A stretch of 64,000 nt of DNA from an uncultured virus (IMG/VR IMGVR_UViG_3300036766_000639) (Duplodnaviria; Heunggongvirae; Uroviricota; Caudoviricetes). This document shows, piece after piece, positions 38,703 through 47,638 of this stretch (position 1 is its first letter; the number at the start of each line of letters is the position of its first letter). The position numbers and the translations under genes are program-made. The stretch is taken from IMG/VR virus record IMGVR_UViG_3300036766_000639, one strand, 5' to 3'. The notes below the pieces were generated by a model. It did no database searches. It saw nothing but the letters and a program-made list of their open reading frames with translations, and was not told the origin of the DNA.

Positions 38703-39209
38703 TCAGTCATCGTCGTCTTCGTCGTCGTTCAAGAACCCATCGATCTCGCGCATGAGTTCGATCCCAGCATCCAGGACGCGGAGGGCTTTGTACTTCTTGC
38801 GGAACGCACGAAGCTCCGCCCTCGCCCTTTCGAGCAGAAGCTGAATCTCGCCGTCCTTCTGTGCCGCCGTCTTCAGCCCCTCCCACCGAACCCCGCCTTC
38901 GCCGTAGACAGGGTTGAAAGCGCGCAGGTGGAGAGTCTTGCCTTCCTCGGTCACCCACTCGACCACCACGGACCGAAGGTAGTAGCGCGCCTGGTGAAGC
39001 CGGTACTGATCAGCAGCCTTGGCATCGTCCCACTCGAAGTACCGATGGATCGACGACGACTCGTTTCGAGCCAGCTCCACCAACGCCTCGGGCGTCGCCC
39101 CAGGGCCCTTATTGAGCGCGTCGATGGCCTCGCCAAGCGCCCTGACCGCGTCTGCCGTGAGATGCGATCCAGGCTTCGCCTGGTAGCCCGACAAGAAGCC
39201 GGGTGACAT
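38703..39209 (-). CDS. conserved helical phage protein, partner of the RAMP-like gene
   Basis: TPEALVELARxxxSxIHxYFEWDDAKAAxQYRLxQARxxLRSV. TGATG overlap with the upstream gene; acidic tail. Confidence 0.8.
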   Translation of the reverse strand: MSPGFLSGYQAKPGSHLTADAVRALGEAIDALNKGPGATPEALVELARNESSSIHRYFEWDDAKAADQYRLHQARYYLRSVVVEWVTEEGKTLHLRAFNPVYGEGGVRWEGLKTAAQKDGEIQLLLERARAELRAFRKKYKALRVLDAGIELMREIDGFLNDDEDDDD

Positions 39210-39823
39210 CAAGCGGCCTTGGCGGCCTCGGGCTCGCCGACGGTCGTCGCCTCCAGCAACTCGAAGCGACCAAAGTCGCCGCCTTTCGAGGGGCGCCACT
39301 CATGGATGCCGACCGAGAACCCTGCGACCTGAAGTAGGTGCAGGACCTGGTTGACCTCCAGCTTTCCGGCGTCCCACTCGATATCGAACGTAGCAGACCA
39401 GTTCTTGTACCCTGGCCGGTAGCGGATGTCGGGCTTGCCCATGCCAATGCGCACCGGGTCGCGGCGCATCTCGATCTCCTCGTAGACGATCGGGATGCGC
39501 TCGCCGCGGACGAAGATTTGCTGCTTCAGCTCCGACATCTTCACTTCATCGAGGTTGCGTGCGGCGCCGACGATCGCGTGCTTGATCGCGGCGGAGAGCA
39601 GGCAGTCGCGGCCCTTCTCGTCCTTATACTTGGCCGCCTCGAACTCGGCTTCCGGATCGCGCTTGTCCTTGGCCTTCTTCGCGGCCTTCGCATGCTTCTC
39701 CTCCATTTCCTTGATCGTCTTGCTGTCCCAGGCGTGCATGATCAGGTCCGAGATCCCGCGAATCGTGACCCTTGCCGCGCCACGTTTGAGCGGCGGAATA
39801 AGAATGGTTCGAGCGTCCGTCAT
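39209..39823 (-). CDS. stand-alone Cas7/RAMP-like RNA-binding protein
   Basis: N-terminal strand VTIRGISDLIMH, helix SAAIKHAIVGAA, thumb-like RRDPVRIGMGKPDIRYRP, W-S-A-T-F strand, and C-terminal Gly-rich loop GFSVGIHEWRPSKGGDFGRF. Confidence 0.75.
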   Translation of the reverse strand: MTDARTILIPPLKRGAARVTIRGISDLIMHAWDSKTIKEMEEKHAKAAKKAKDKRDPEAEFEAAKYKDEKGRDCLLSAAIKHAIVGAARNLDEVKMSELKQQIFVRGERIPIVYEEIEMRRDPVRIGMGKPDIRYRPGYKNWSATFDIEWDAGKLEVNQVLHLLQVAGFSVGIHEWRPSKGGDFGRFELLEATTVGEPEAAKAA

Positions 39824-39873
39824 CTGCTTCTCCTGTGAATAGCCCACGTCTATGGGCCCTTGGTTGAAGATCG

Positions 39874-39902
39874 GATATGACGGATTAGAAATCGTTTGTC
39901 AA
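39874..39902 (-). promoter_or_regulatory. promoter of the RAMP-partner-array operon
   Basis: TTGACA-aacgatttctaatccgt-CATATC, then a GCCCA/TGGGC hairpin and an AGGAG RBS. Confidence 0.6.
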
Positions 39903-39943
39903 CCAGTTCTGAATCTCTTATGCAACAATATGGCCTACGTTTG

Positions 39944-40840
39944 TTATGGAACGCCCTGGGCCATCTCCCGGTACTTCGCCAAACACTCCTTGCAGGCTCG
40001 GCTGACGAGGTTGTCCTCGGTCAGAGAAGCCTCCAGGTCCCAGCCCCAGCCAACTGGCACGCGCCCACATAGCGACGGCGTGTCGATGCCTGTGCCCCAG
40101 CCGCTCAGCCTGAGACGGCTCGAACCGGGCTCGGTGGTCTGCCATTTCCGGATGCACCACACGCCCCAGCCGGATGCCCGATCCGACTCGCAGAACGAGA
40201 AACTCGTGGCCGTCAGCTCGGACGGATTGTAGACGCCGATCTGTTTGTCCGCGTAGCGCTTGAGACCAAGTGGCGCACTGGGTCCGGCGAGGTGCCGATG
40301 AGTGGTCATGGGCATGCCACGCAGAGCCTCTGGCGCGGGGCGCGTTGTCGGCGTGAGCTGCTTGATGTCCACCTTCAGCACCGGGATCGGGATTGGCGCC
40401 CCCGGCGCCAGGTCATCGCCAGCGTCCGACAGGTTCGAGCGGAGCCATCCTCGTAGCCGCGAAATGGGCAGGTCGTCGTGTATCTCGAACTGCGTCCGGT
40501 TCAGGATCTCCAGGCACTTGGCGACGTCGCCCGGACCCAGTCGGCGAGGCCGCTGGCGGCCCTTGTTCGAGGGCTTGCCCAGGGCCAGGCGGTAGAGCCA
40601 GACGCCCTTGCGGCTCGCGTCTCGCTTCTTCTCAACGTGGTGGCCGCCGAACCTGGGCTTGCGCAGATCGCGCAGGCGCGCGCTGACCGCCGCCTCGGTT
40701 CCATTCACGCCCTCGGCCAGCGAGGTCAGCGTCCACCAGTGCCCGTCACTCATGAGCTGGCGAACGTGCCAGAGCTGGCTCGTCAGCCGTGAGCCGTCGA
40801 GCACAGGAGAGAAGGTCGCGCCATCGAAGTCCTCGGTCAT
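39944..40840 (-). CDS. protein with an N-terminal HTH domain
   Basis: WxTLxxLA...TEAAVSARLRDLRKPRFGGH. Confidence 0.65.
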   Translation of the reverse strand: MTEDFDGATFSPVLDGSRLTSQLWHVRQLMSDGHWWTLTSLAEGVNGTEAAVSARLRDLRKPRFGGHHVEKKRDASRKGVWLYRLALGKPSNKGRQRPRRLGPGDVAKCLEILNRTQFEIHDDLPISRLRGWLRSNLSDAGDDLAPGAPIPIPVLKVDIKQLTPTTRPAPEALRGMPMTTHRHLAGPSAPLGLKRYADKQIGVYNPSELTATSFSFCESDRASGWGVWCIRKWQTTEPGSSRLRLSGWGTGIDTPSLCGRVPVGWGWDLEASLTEDNLVSRACKECLAKYREMAQGVP

Positions 40841-41145
40841 GTTCCACCATCGAGCGCCCGCTCGGGCTCCACGCCGTCGGACGGCATCCCGACCAGCACC
40901 TTCTCGTTGAGACCTGTCTCCAGACGGTAGTCGTACATCGCGCCCATGGCCGCGACTGCGCGCTCACGCTCGACGCCTGTAGCGATCATGTGGTTGGCGG
41001 CGATGGCCGCGCACGCGCTGGCCATCTCCTGCCTGGTCAACCCGGCCTCGGTGCCGACGGCCACGATTTTGTCGGCCGCCGCCTCCATCTTCTTGAGGTC
41101 GAGCCCGACCTCCTCCGCGATCCTCCTCATCTCGTCGTAGTTCAC
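40837..41145 (-). CDS. hypothetical protein
   Basis: Coupled ORF. Confidence 0.55.
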   Translation of the reverse strand: MNYDEMRRIAEEVGLDLKKMEAAADKIVAVGTEAGLTRQEMASACAAIAANHMIATGVERERAVAAMGAMYDYRLETGLNEKVLVGMPSDGVEPERALDGGT

Positions 41146-41184
41146 AGCAGCAGCTCCAAGTGAGGGGCGGTCACGGCATCGAAA

Positions 41185-41379
41185 TCATTCATCGGCTTTT
41201 CGTTCTGGATGAACATCAGCGCCAAGCTTCTTAGAAATGCCCACGAGAAGATCGTAGACGCTACTGCCACCTTCTGGACCGGCAATAGAATCGGCTATCC
41301 GACCCAACGCTCCCGCGATGTCCTCGGCGGCACTGGCGAGACGCCTAAGCTCATAAAAATCCTGCTCATCAAGTGGCAT
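41185..41379 (-). CDS. small hypothetical protein
   Basis: RBS plus promoter TTGACA(41446-41451)-N16-TATGAT. Confidence 0.55.
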   Translation of the reverse strand: MPLDEQDFYELRRLASAAEDIAGALGRIADSIAGPEGGSSVYDLLVGISKKLGADVHPERKADE

Positions 41380-41539
41380 CCTGTTTCTCCTGTCGTTGTG
41401 AGCGGTTTACCGCTTGTCTGGCAATCATATACCGTTATCACGCTTTGTCAATGCCGGTCGGCGCATCCTGGCCGAAGCCTAGCCGAAAAGCGACAATCCT
41501 GGGCTACCGTACGGACACCGGCGCCCCCTCCACTGCTTA

Positions 41540-41568
41540 TTGACAAACGCTCCTGTCCCTACTACATT
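41540..41568 (+). promoter_or_regulatory. promoter of PAPS-reductase paralogue 3
   Basis: TTGACA-aacgctcctgtccctac-TACATT, then GAGGAG. Confidence 0.75.
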
Positions 41569-41590
41569 AGACATCGAGGAGACACCCCAG

Positions 41591-42508
41591 ATGGACTGCG
41601 GCGAGAAGACCATGACTGACCTAATCCCAGCCAAGCGGCTAGTCCGCGCCAAGGATCGGGTGGTACCGCCCTCGCCGGTTCTGAACCTGCACGACTACCA
41701 CCACTGCTTCATTCGCTCGTCCGGCGGCAAGGACAGCCAAGCCATGCTGGACTACGTGGTCTCCATCGCCGACGCGCAAGGCTACTCGCGCGACAACATC
41801 ACCGTGACCCACGCCGACCTCGGCAGGGTTGAGTGGGCGGGCACCGTGGACATCGTGCGCGAGCAAGTGGCCCACTACGGGCTCAAGCTCATCGTCGTCA
41901 AGCGCGTCCTGGGCGACCTCCTCGAACACATCGAGAAGCTCGGCAAGTTCCCCATGCCGACCCAAAGGTTTTGCACGTCGGACCACAAGCGGGCGCAACA
42001 AGCCAAGACGGTCACCGCGGCCCACGCCGCCTGGAAGGCCGCTGGCAACACCGGGGTCTACAAGATCGTCGAGTGCCTCGGGATGCGGGCGCAAGAAAGC
42101 TCCGGCCGCTCGAAGCTCGAAGCGGTGGCCCGCAACGACCGGTTCTCGACCAGAGACCGCGAGGTAACGACCTGGCTGCCGATTCATGACTGGCGGCTCG
42201 AAAAGGTGTGGGACCGGATCAAGGCGAGCGGAGTGCGCCACCACCCGGCCTACGACTACGGGATGCCGAGATTGTCCTGCGCCTTTTGCATCTACGCCCC
42301 TCGGGCGGCGCTGCTCCTCGCCGGGAAGCACAACCCCGAGCTGCTCGCCGAGTACGTGCGGGTCGAGGAAAAGATTGGCCACGCCTTCCAAACCAAGATG
42401 GTGAAGGGCAAGAGAATCATGCTCCCCATCGCCGACGTGCAACGGGAGGTCAACGAAATGATTGCCGAGGGCCGCGAGTTCGAGCCGGTCGAAGACTGGG
42501 TCATGTGA
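41591..42508 (+). CDS. PAPS reductase-family protein, paralogue 3
   Basis: SSGGKDS, HADLGRVEW, RFCTSDHK, GMRAQES, LPIHDW, HPAY and GMPRLSCAFC motifs. Confidence 0.9.
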   Translation: MDCGEKTMTDLIPAKRLVRAKDRVVPPSPVLNLHDYHHCFIRSSGGKDSQAMLDYVVSIADAQGYSRDNITVTHADLGRVEWAGTVDIVREQVAHYGLKLIVVKRVLGDLLEHIEKLGKFPMPTQRFCTSDHKRAQQAKTVTAAHAAWKAAGNTGVYKIVECLGMRAQESSGRSKLEAVARNDRFSTRDREVTTWLPIHDWRLEKVWDRIKASGVRHHPAYDYGMPRLSCAFCIYAPRAALLLAGKHNPELLAEYVRVEEKIGHAFQTKMVKGKRIMLPIADVQREVNEMIAEGREFEPVEDWVM

Positions 42509-42523
42509 CCAGGCTACCCGGCT

Positions 42524-43174
42524 TCATCGACTTCTGATGATTTTCGGCTTTGCGGTCAAGGGTGGTCTGGCGGGAATCGGCTCGACCCAGGCGAGTGGTG
42601 TCCAACTATCGTCGGTCTGCGTCGGCTGCCACTGCCGCGACGCACCGCACACGCAGACATCGTCGCCGACAACGCTGCCCAGTCGTTTACGCTTCGATGC
42701 CGGGACGTGAAAGTGCGGCTCCGGCTCGGGCGTGGCGGCAACCGGTTCGCTCGGCCGTATCACCGCCGCACGTGCGCGCAGCTGAGCCTCAGCAATGCGC
42801 ATGAGATTCGCGGCGCATTCGTAGATGGAAATCCCAAACGAATCCAGGTCGGCGGCCACCATCCGACGCTCGGCAATGTGCACCTGCTCTTGCACCGCGG
42901 ACGCCGCGATTTTCAGCGCGATACAGGTCTCCCACAGAGCGGGCGGCGCCGGTGCGCCGAGCTGGGCACGGACCTCGTCGGCAATCAGCTGCCGGAGCGT
43001 CCCAGCCGTCAACGTGACGACCATCGAGTCGGACATCGAGCCGAGGTCGTTGTCTTCCGCCTGCCAGATCCATGCCCCGCCGACCGCGGCCCTCGCAGCG
43101 GCCTGCGCCGCGTCACGCTCCGACAGCAGGCGTTGCACGGCGAGCGCGATCACGTCTTCACTGGGTGCCTTCAT
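42524..43174 (-). CDS. hypothetical protein
   Basis: RBS AAGGAAG. Confidence 0.55.
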   Translation of the reverse strand: MKAPSEDVIALAVQRLLSERDAAQAAARAAVGGAWIWQAEDNDLGSMSDSMVVTLTAGTLRQLIADEVRAQLGAPAPPALWETCIALKIAASAVQEQVHIAERRMVAADLDSFGISIYECAANLMRIAEAQLRARAAVIRPSEPVAATPEPEPHFHVPASKRKRLGSVVGDDVCVCGASRQWQPTQTDDSWTPLAWVEPIPARPPLTAKPKIIRSR

Positions 43175-43404
43175 GTTCAGCTTCTTCCTTGTGATCGTTT
43201 CGCCTCAAGACTCCGCCGTCTCCCGCTCCTCGCGAGTGCGATAGGGCGGGGTGGTGTCGATACGGGTGCCAGCGCAGTCCCTCAGCGCCCGAACCAGGGG
43301 CCCGCCACACTTCGTGCACCCGGCATCGCACAGCAAGGGAAGCCCTCGCCAGCAAAGCACCAGGCGGCAGGCCGTGCATCGGCCGCGACGTTCACGAGGG
43401 TTGC

Positions 43405-43623
43405 TCATGGCTGTTGAAGCCGCCACATCGCATAGCTCATCGAGGTGATGCCATCGTCCACGCGCCACTCGGTAAAGAAGTCGTCCTCGCCGCAGATGCG
43501 GCTGACCGCAGAGACCGACCGCCGCTGCCCATCCTTGGTCCCGATGTACCGCCAGCCGAAGCCGTAACGCTCCGCCCCCCAAGCCCAGTCGGGGGCCTCT
43601 TGGCGCAACTCGTCGATCCTCAT
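43405..43623 (-). CDS. small hypothetical protein
   Basis: Coupled ORF. Confidence 0.5.
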   Translation of the reverse strand: MRIDELRQEAPDWAWGAERYGFGWRYIGTKDGQRRSVSAVSRICGEDDFFTEWRVDDGITSMSYAMWRLQQP

Positions 43624-44453
43624 ATCGCCTTTGTATCAACCCACCATGTGATCAGGAACGCGCACGTGCGGCGCTTGTTTCCTTCGTAGTTGACCACGCG
43701 GCCAAGCAAGATCGGGTCGCCATGAAGCTGCTCGGTGGCCCTGAGCTTCTGTCCCGGTTTGCCGGACCCGGCGCCGACGATTCCGATCTCGTCGAAAACC
43801 TTGAGCAGCATCGCCTGGTTGGCGGCGTCAAGAATCTGAGGCTTCACCAGCATCACGGGGAAAGCGAACTCGCTGTCGAACGAGTGGGCCTTTGCCATGT
43901 GCATGGTCCGATCGTTGCCTCGCTCGTCTTTGTCCGTCCTCTCCCAGTGCTCGAATCGCATGTTCGGGTCCACGTACGCACCCTTGCCAGCATCACTCCC
44001 GTCGGAAAGCACCCTGGGCAGATCCGTTGTGCTCCAGCGGCTCTTGTGGACCGTCTTTCGCGGTCTCTGCTGCGATGTCCGAACAGCGATTGTGGCGCCG
44101 TCCAGGTCCGGCATGATCACGTACCCGGCTTCCAGCGCGGCGCCGATGCGCCGGTAATAGCCCAGGCGCCCCTGCGCAACCGTCAGCGCCTTCTTGAACG
44201 CAACGGTGGCCCACTTGCGCTTCGTAGCGATGTCCAGGTTGGTCTGGGCCTCGACGACCTCTTGTTCGAGGACCGCAATCTTGGGCCCAATCCAGCCAAT
44301 GAGACTTCGTTGGGCGACCGCCATCTCCTCGCGGGTCTTGGCTATCACCACGATGTCCTCGGCAATGGGCAGCGTGGCATCCTCGACAGTTCGAGGGTCC
44401 TGGGTGGTCGCCAGAGCGACCGAGGCGGGCGTTGTACGGGTTTCGTTGGTCAT
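43620..44453 (-). CDS. conserved hypothetical protein
   Basis: 277-aa ORF with an N-terminal coiled coil and ending FLITWWVD. Confidence 0.65.
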   Translation of the reverse strand: MTNETRTTPASVALATTQDPRTVEDATLPIAEDIVVIAKTREEMAVAQRSLIGWIGPKIAVLEQEVVEAQTNLDIATKRKWATVAFKKALTVAQGRLGYYRRIGAALEAGYVIMPDLDGATIAVRTSQQRPRKTVHKSRWSTTDLPRVLSDGSDAGKGAYVDPNMRFEHWERTDKDERGNDRTMHMAKAHSFDSEFAFPVMLVKPQILDAANQAMLLKVFDEIGIVGAGSGKPGQKLRATEQLHGDPILLGRVVNYEGNKRRTCAFLITWWVDTKAI

Positions 44454-44758
44454 GGTCTTCCTGCTACTTGGTTCGATGGTTTGGTGACGGCGTCCATGGT
44501 TTTCATGGTTGCTTCGGTGAGCCGCTTACCGGCTCGTGCTCTCCCTCGTCGATGGCGTCGGCCAGGTCATTGCAAGCGGCCCTCGCATCGTCGCCATCCA
44601 GCAGGACGACTCCGGCGGCAGCCCCCGAGTCGCCTGGGTCGCGCAGCCACCCGACGATCTCGGCACGCTCCAGTGCGCGCCCGTCGGAAACGCACTTGTC
44701 GCACGGCACCATGAGAGATCGCCGATGCCTGGTCATGGTCCAGCTCCCAGGCGGCTCA

Positions 44759-45148
44759 TCAGAATATCGCCTCCATGCTCGTCCACAGCCACTTGCCGCC
44801 GTCGTGAATGCCGTTGAGCGTTGACCCGCTCTCGGTCTTGAACGAACCCCTGGTGGTCCTGAGCCCAGGGACGCGCATCATGCCGTTGCTTTTGGCGTAC
44901 TCAGCGGCTTCGCGCTCGTACTCCGCCGTCGCCTTGGACATCTCCCGGTCGGTCAGCTCCCTCACATAGACCAGCTCGTCGTTCTCATCGAAGTCGAACA
45001 GAGCGCGCCTCGGTGGCACCGGCGGCCCAAACCTCAGCTCGTGAACCTCGGTCTCGACAACGATGTCCCCGTCAATCAACGGCTCCTTGGTTATCGGATG
45101 CTTCTGACCCGTCGGCCAGAGCGGGTGCTTGGTCGCTGGGTTCCTCAT
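44759..45148 (-). CDS. hypothetical protein
   Basis: Starts MRNPATK, coupled to the SET gene. Confidence 0.5.
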   Translation of the reverse strand: MRNPATKHPLWPTGQKHPITKEPLIDGDIVVETEVHELRFGPPVPPRRALFDFDENDELVYVRELTDREMSKATAEYEREAAEYAKSNGMMRVPGLRTTRGSFKTESGSTLNGIHDGGKWLWTSMEAIF

Positions 45149-45864
45149 GGCATGCCCCCTGGTTCCTCGGTGGCTTCGTTGGCCCCGGCTCGGTGCTCGA
45201 CCTTCTCCGAACCGGTCTCTTGCCATACCCGCCGCTCCAGCCAACGCGCGGCAGCGCCTCGAATATCGAACAAGTCGTGGGTTCGCTTCGCTGCCCAGCA
45301 CAGGGCGACAGCTTCTGGCCTGTCACAGAAGTAAAGCCTGTCTACATCGATCGCGTCGTCCTTCTGCCAGCGCCAACACCCGCTCCCCGGAAAACTCTCG
45401 ACCACGCTGTACCCCGCAGGCGGCTCAGACTCGTCCGCCGCGCTCGGCTCTGCGGCGGCTACCGGCGCACCGCCTCGAACCCACCAGGGCTCGCACTTGT
45501 ACCTGATCAACAGCTGCTCCCCAGACACGATGTCCCGCAAGGCGACCACGTAGAGCATGTCTGGTATGCCGCCGCACCCAGGCACGCGAACCATGGCGCA
45601 GTTCGGATCGTCGGAATGGTTGTAGAGCATGGCGAATCCTGTGCCGACGCAATCTTCTCTATCGGACCACGCCAAGCGATGCTCATACAGCACGGGGTCA
45701 GGCACGGCCACGTTTGGGAAAGGCAGTGCGCGACACGCCTCAACAAGATCGCCCTGTCTGAAAAGCGCTTCGGCAAACACGCCCATTCCGGTCGAGGCGT
45801 CTACGACACGGACACTTATCTGTGCGGTCCAGGGCAGTCCAATCGGTTGTTTAGGTTCAGTCAC
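45145..45864 (-). CDS. SET-domain protein-lysine methyltransferase-like protein
   Basis: GMGVFA, YNHSDDPNC and ALRDIxxGEQLLIRY motifs. Confidence 0.8.
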   Translation of the reverse strand: MTEPKQPIGLPWTAQISVRVVDASTGMGVFAEALFRQGDLVEACRALPFPNVAVPDPVLYEHRLAWSDREDCVGTGFAMLYNHSDDPNCAMVRVPGCGGIPDMLYVVALRDIVSGEQLLIRYKCEPWWVRGGAPVAAAEPSAADESEPPAGYSVVESFPGSGCWRWQKDDAIDVDRLYFCDRPEAVALCWAAKRTHDLFDIRGAAARWLERRVWQETGSEKVEHRAGANEATEEPGGMP

Positions 45865-45888
45865 GCTCGCGCCTTTCGCAGTTTTCTT

Positions 45889-45936
45889 CTGAGATTTGCT
45901 CTGAGATTTGCTCTGATCTTTGCTCTGAGCTTTGCC
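45889..45936. repeat. four 12-bp tandem copies
   Basis: CTGAGATTTGCT twice, CTGATCTTTGCT and CTGAGCTTTGCC, encoding AKLR/AKIR/ANLR/ANLR in ORF 45861-46073. Confidence 0.8.
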
Positions 45937-46251
45937 CACAACGGCGCGGCAAGTTCTTGCGCGCAGTGGTCGCAGATCGCGGTTGGCTCGTCTTCTGGAC
46001 GTTGCGCTGTCGCGACGCCACAGCGCTCGCATTCGTCGGGACAATCAGCGAGCGGGTCGATCGTTCGCTTCATCCCCGTGCCTTTCGCTTGGGCTTCGCC
46101 GCCTGCGCCTTCGCATTCCACGCCGCGTCCAGCAAGTCACAGGCCATCCGACGCTCGCGGCGCTTGAGGTCCAGCTCGGCGGCAGCGTCCACCCACGCGA
46201 GATGCGCGCGTCGATAGTTCGCCTCAAGCTGCTTGATCGACGGCTCCGCAC

Positions 46252-46788
46252 TCATCCTCGCAACCTACCGCGCGCTGTTTCGATGGCGCGAAAGAGACGC
46301 TCGTCCGTATTCCTGGAACCAGCCGCGTCATGCGCATCTACCACGTCGAACAACGCCTCCCGCAGCGTCACGGCCGTGGCGCTCGATGCGGCGACCGCGG
46401 CGCGGAGTTCGACGATCGCTGCGGCCTGGTCGGTCGTGTCACCCTCCAGTGCTGCGCGAATCTTCGCCGCGCTCATTTTTCGGCCATCGGCTTCCGCTAG
46501 CGGGATGCCGAGCAACGCCTCGCAGCCGCGATTGGTCACGCGGTAGACGTAGCCGCCGCCAGACATCTCGGTCGGCTCCTTGCACTCGGCCAAGCCGCGC
46601 TCCCGTAGCGCTTCCCAGGTCGCGTTCATTGAATCCACGTAGTGGTTTCGGTACACGCTGCCAGACATCTTGCCGCGCAGCTGAAGCCCGAGCGCGTGGC
46701 ACATCACGGCGCGTTCTTTGCGGGTGAGTATTTCGGGCGTGATGATGTCGGTTGTCGGGTCGGTCATGTAATCAACTTTCGCTGGCAT
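46252..46788 (-). CDS. hypothetical protein with a wHTH-like N-terminus
   Basis: HALG...YRNHY...W..L..RGLA...VTxxG. Confidence 0.55.
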   Translation of the reverse strand: MPAKVDYMTDPTTDIITPEILTRKERAVMCHALGLQLRGKMSGSVYRNHYVDSMNATWEALRERGLAECKEPTEMSGGGYVYRVTNRGCEALLGIPLAEADGRKMSAAKIRAALEGDTTDQAAAIVELRAAVAASSATAVTLREALFDVVDAHDAAGSRNTDERLFRAIETARGRLRG

Positions 46789-47095
46789 CTACCACAAGCC
46801 GAGCAATCACTGCTTCGCATGCGCCGGGCCCAGCGTCGCGATTGTAGAGCGCGGACCTGAGCAGCTTGTCGCCCTCGAACGCGACCTTGATGGGGCGCCC
46901 GCACACGTAGTCGAAGCTGAAGACTGGGCCCTGCTTGCTCTCGGCCAGCTCGACCAGCTCGCGCGCCTCGGCCAGGCTGAACTCTGGGCGGTCGTGGACC
47001 TTGCCGCGCCCGAGCGCGCTCGTGCCGTGATACAGGCCGTGGAGTATGGCGGCGCGATCCAGGCCGGTGATGTCGATGGGGTCTCCGTGGCTCAT
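46772..47095 (-). CDS. conserved hypothetical protein
   Basis: IDITGLDRAAxL...FDYxxGRPIKV...LYNRDxGxG. Confidence 0.55.
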   Translation of the reverse strand: MSHGDPIDITGLDRAAILHGLYHGTSALGRGKVHDRPEFSLAEARELVELAESKQGPVFSFDYVCGRPIKVAFEGDKLLRSALYNRDAGPGACEAVIARLVVDASES

Positions 47096-47161
47096 GCTCT
47101 GCTTCTCCTTCGGTTCTGTTCGTGCTTCTTCACTGGGCATCCGGGCGTCGGGCTTCCTCGG

Positions 47162-47638
47162 TCATGACTGAGATTCCTGTGCTGCGCGCTCGCGAAGACT
47201 GGCCACTACGGCGCGAGCAAACTCCACGACCGGATCGGGCGTCGAAACAATCTCCATGTGCGCGATGGTCTGATCCCGGACGGCCTGCTTGAGCGCTACG
47301 AGGATTGCGCCTTCGCGCCGTTCGGCTTCGCGCTCTATCGCGTCCGCCGCCATCCCCAGCGCTCGCTGGTTCAGCGATGCGGCGTCGCCACTTGGCGCTT
47401 TGCACCCGACGCAGATTGGCCGCGTCGATAGCCCGCTCCCGCCGCACACGTCACAGCAGTCCGTTTCGCGCTCGGCCGCGGTGGCGGCGTCCCAGATGGC
47501 GCGGGCGCTCCTGCATCCGCCATACACGCCAAACGGTGCCAGGCACGACGCCTGGATATGGTCATCGTCGCACCGCGGACACGGGCCAGGGCGTTGCAGC
47601 TGGGTCTTGGTCACATTGGGCATGACTACGTCCTTCAC
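47162..47638 (-). CDS. Cys-rich hypothetical protein
   Basis: RPGPCPRC and CDVCGG motifs. Confidence 0.5.
   Translation of the reverse strand: MKDVVMPNVTKTQLQRPGPCPRCDDDHIQASCLAPFGVYGGCRSARAIWDAATAAERETDCCDVCGGSGLSTRPICVGCKAPSGDAASLNQRALGMAADAIEREAERREGAILVALKQAVRDQTIAHMEIVSTPDPVVEFARAVVASLRERAAQESQS

Noticed and set aside
39719..39742. Possible self-target: array unit AT AT CA TG GA GC AA versus RAMP-gene codons ATC ATG CAC GCC TGG GAC AGC AAG
   Set aside because: The match needs a gap and a mismatch and fails afterwards. It is compatible with chance without a proper search.
402..42508. Calling the PAPS-reductase genes cysH or a dnd/ssp operon
   Set aside because: No sulfate-assimilation genes and no dndA/B/D/E or sspB/C partners are visible, so function cannot be assigned.
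45889..45936. 12-bp tandem repeat as a regulatory or iteron array
   Set aside because: It is in frame within a small ORF and explained as a basic-helix coding repeat.
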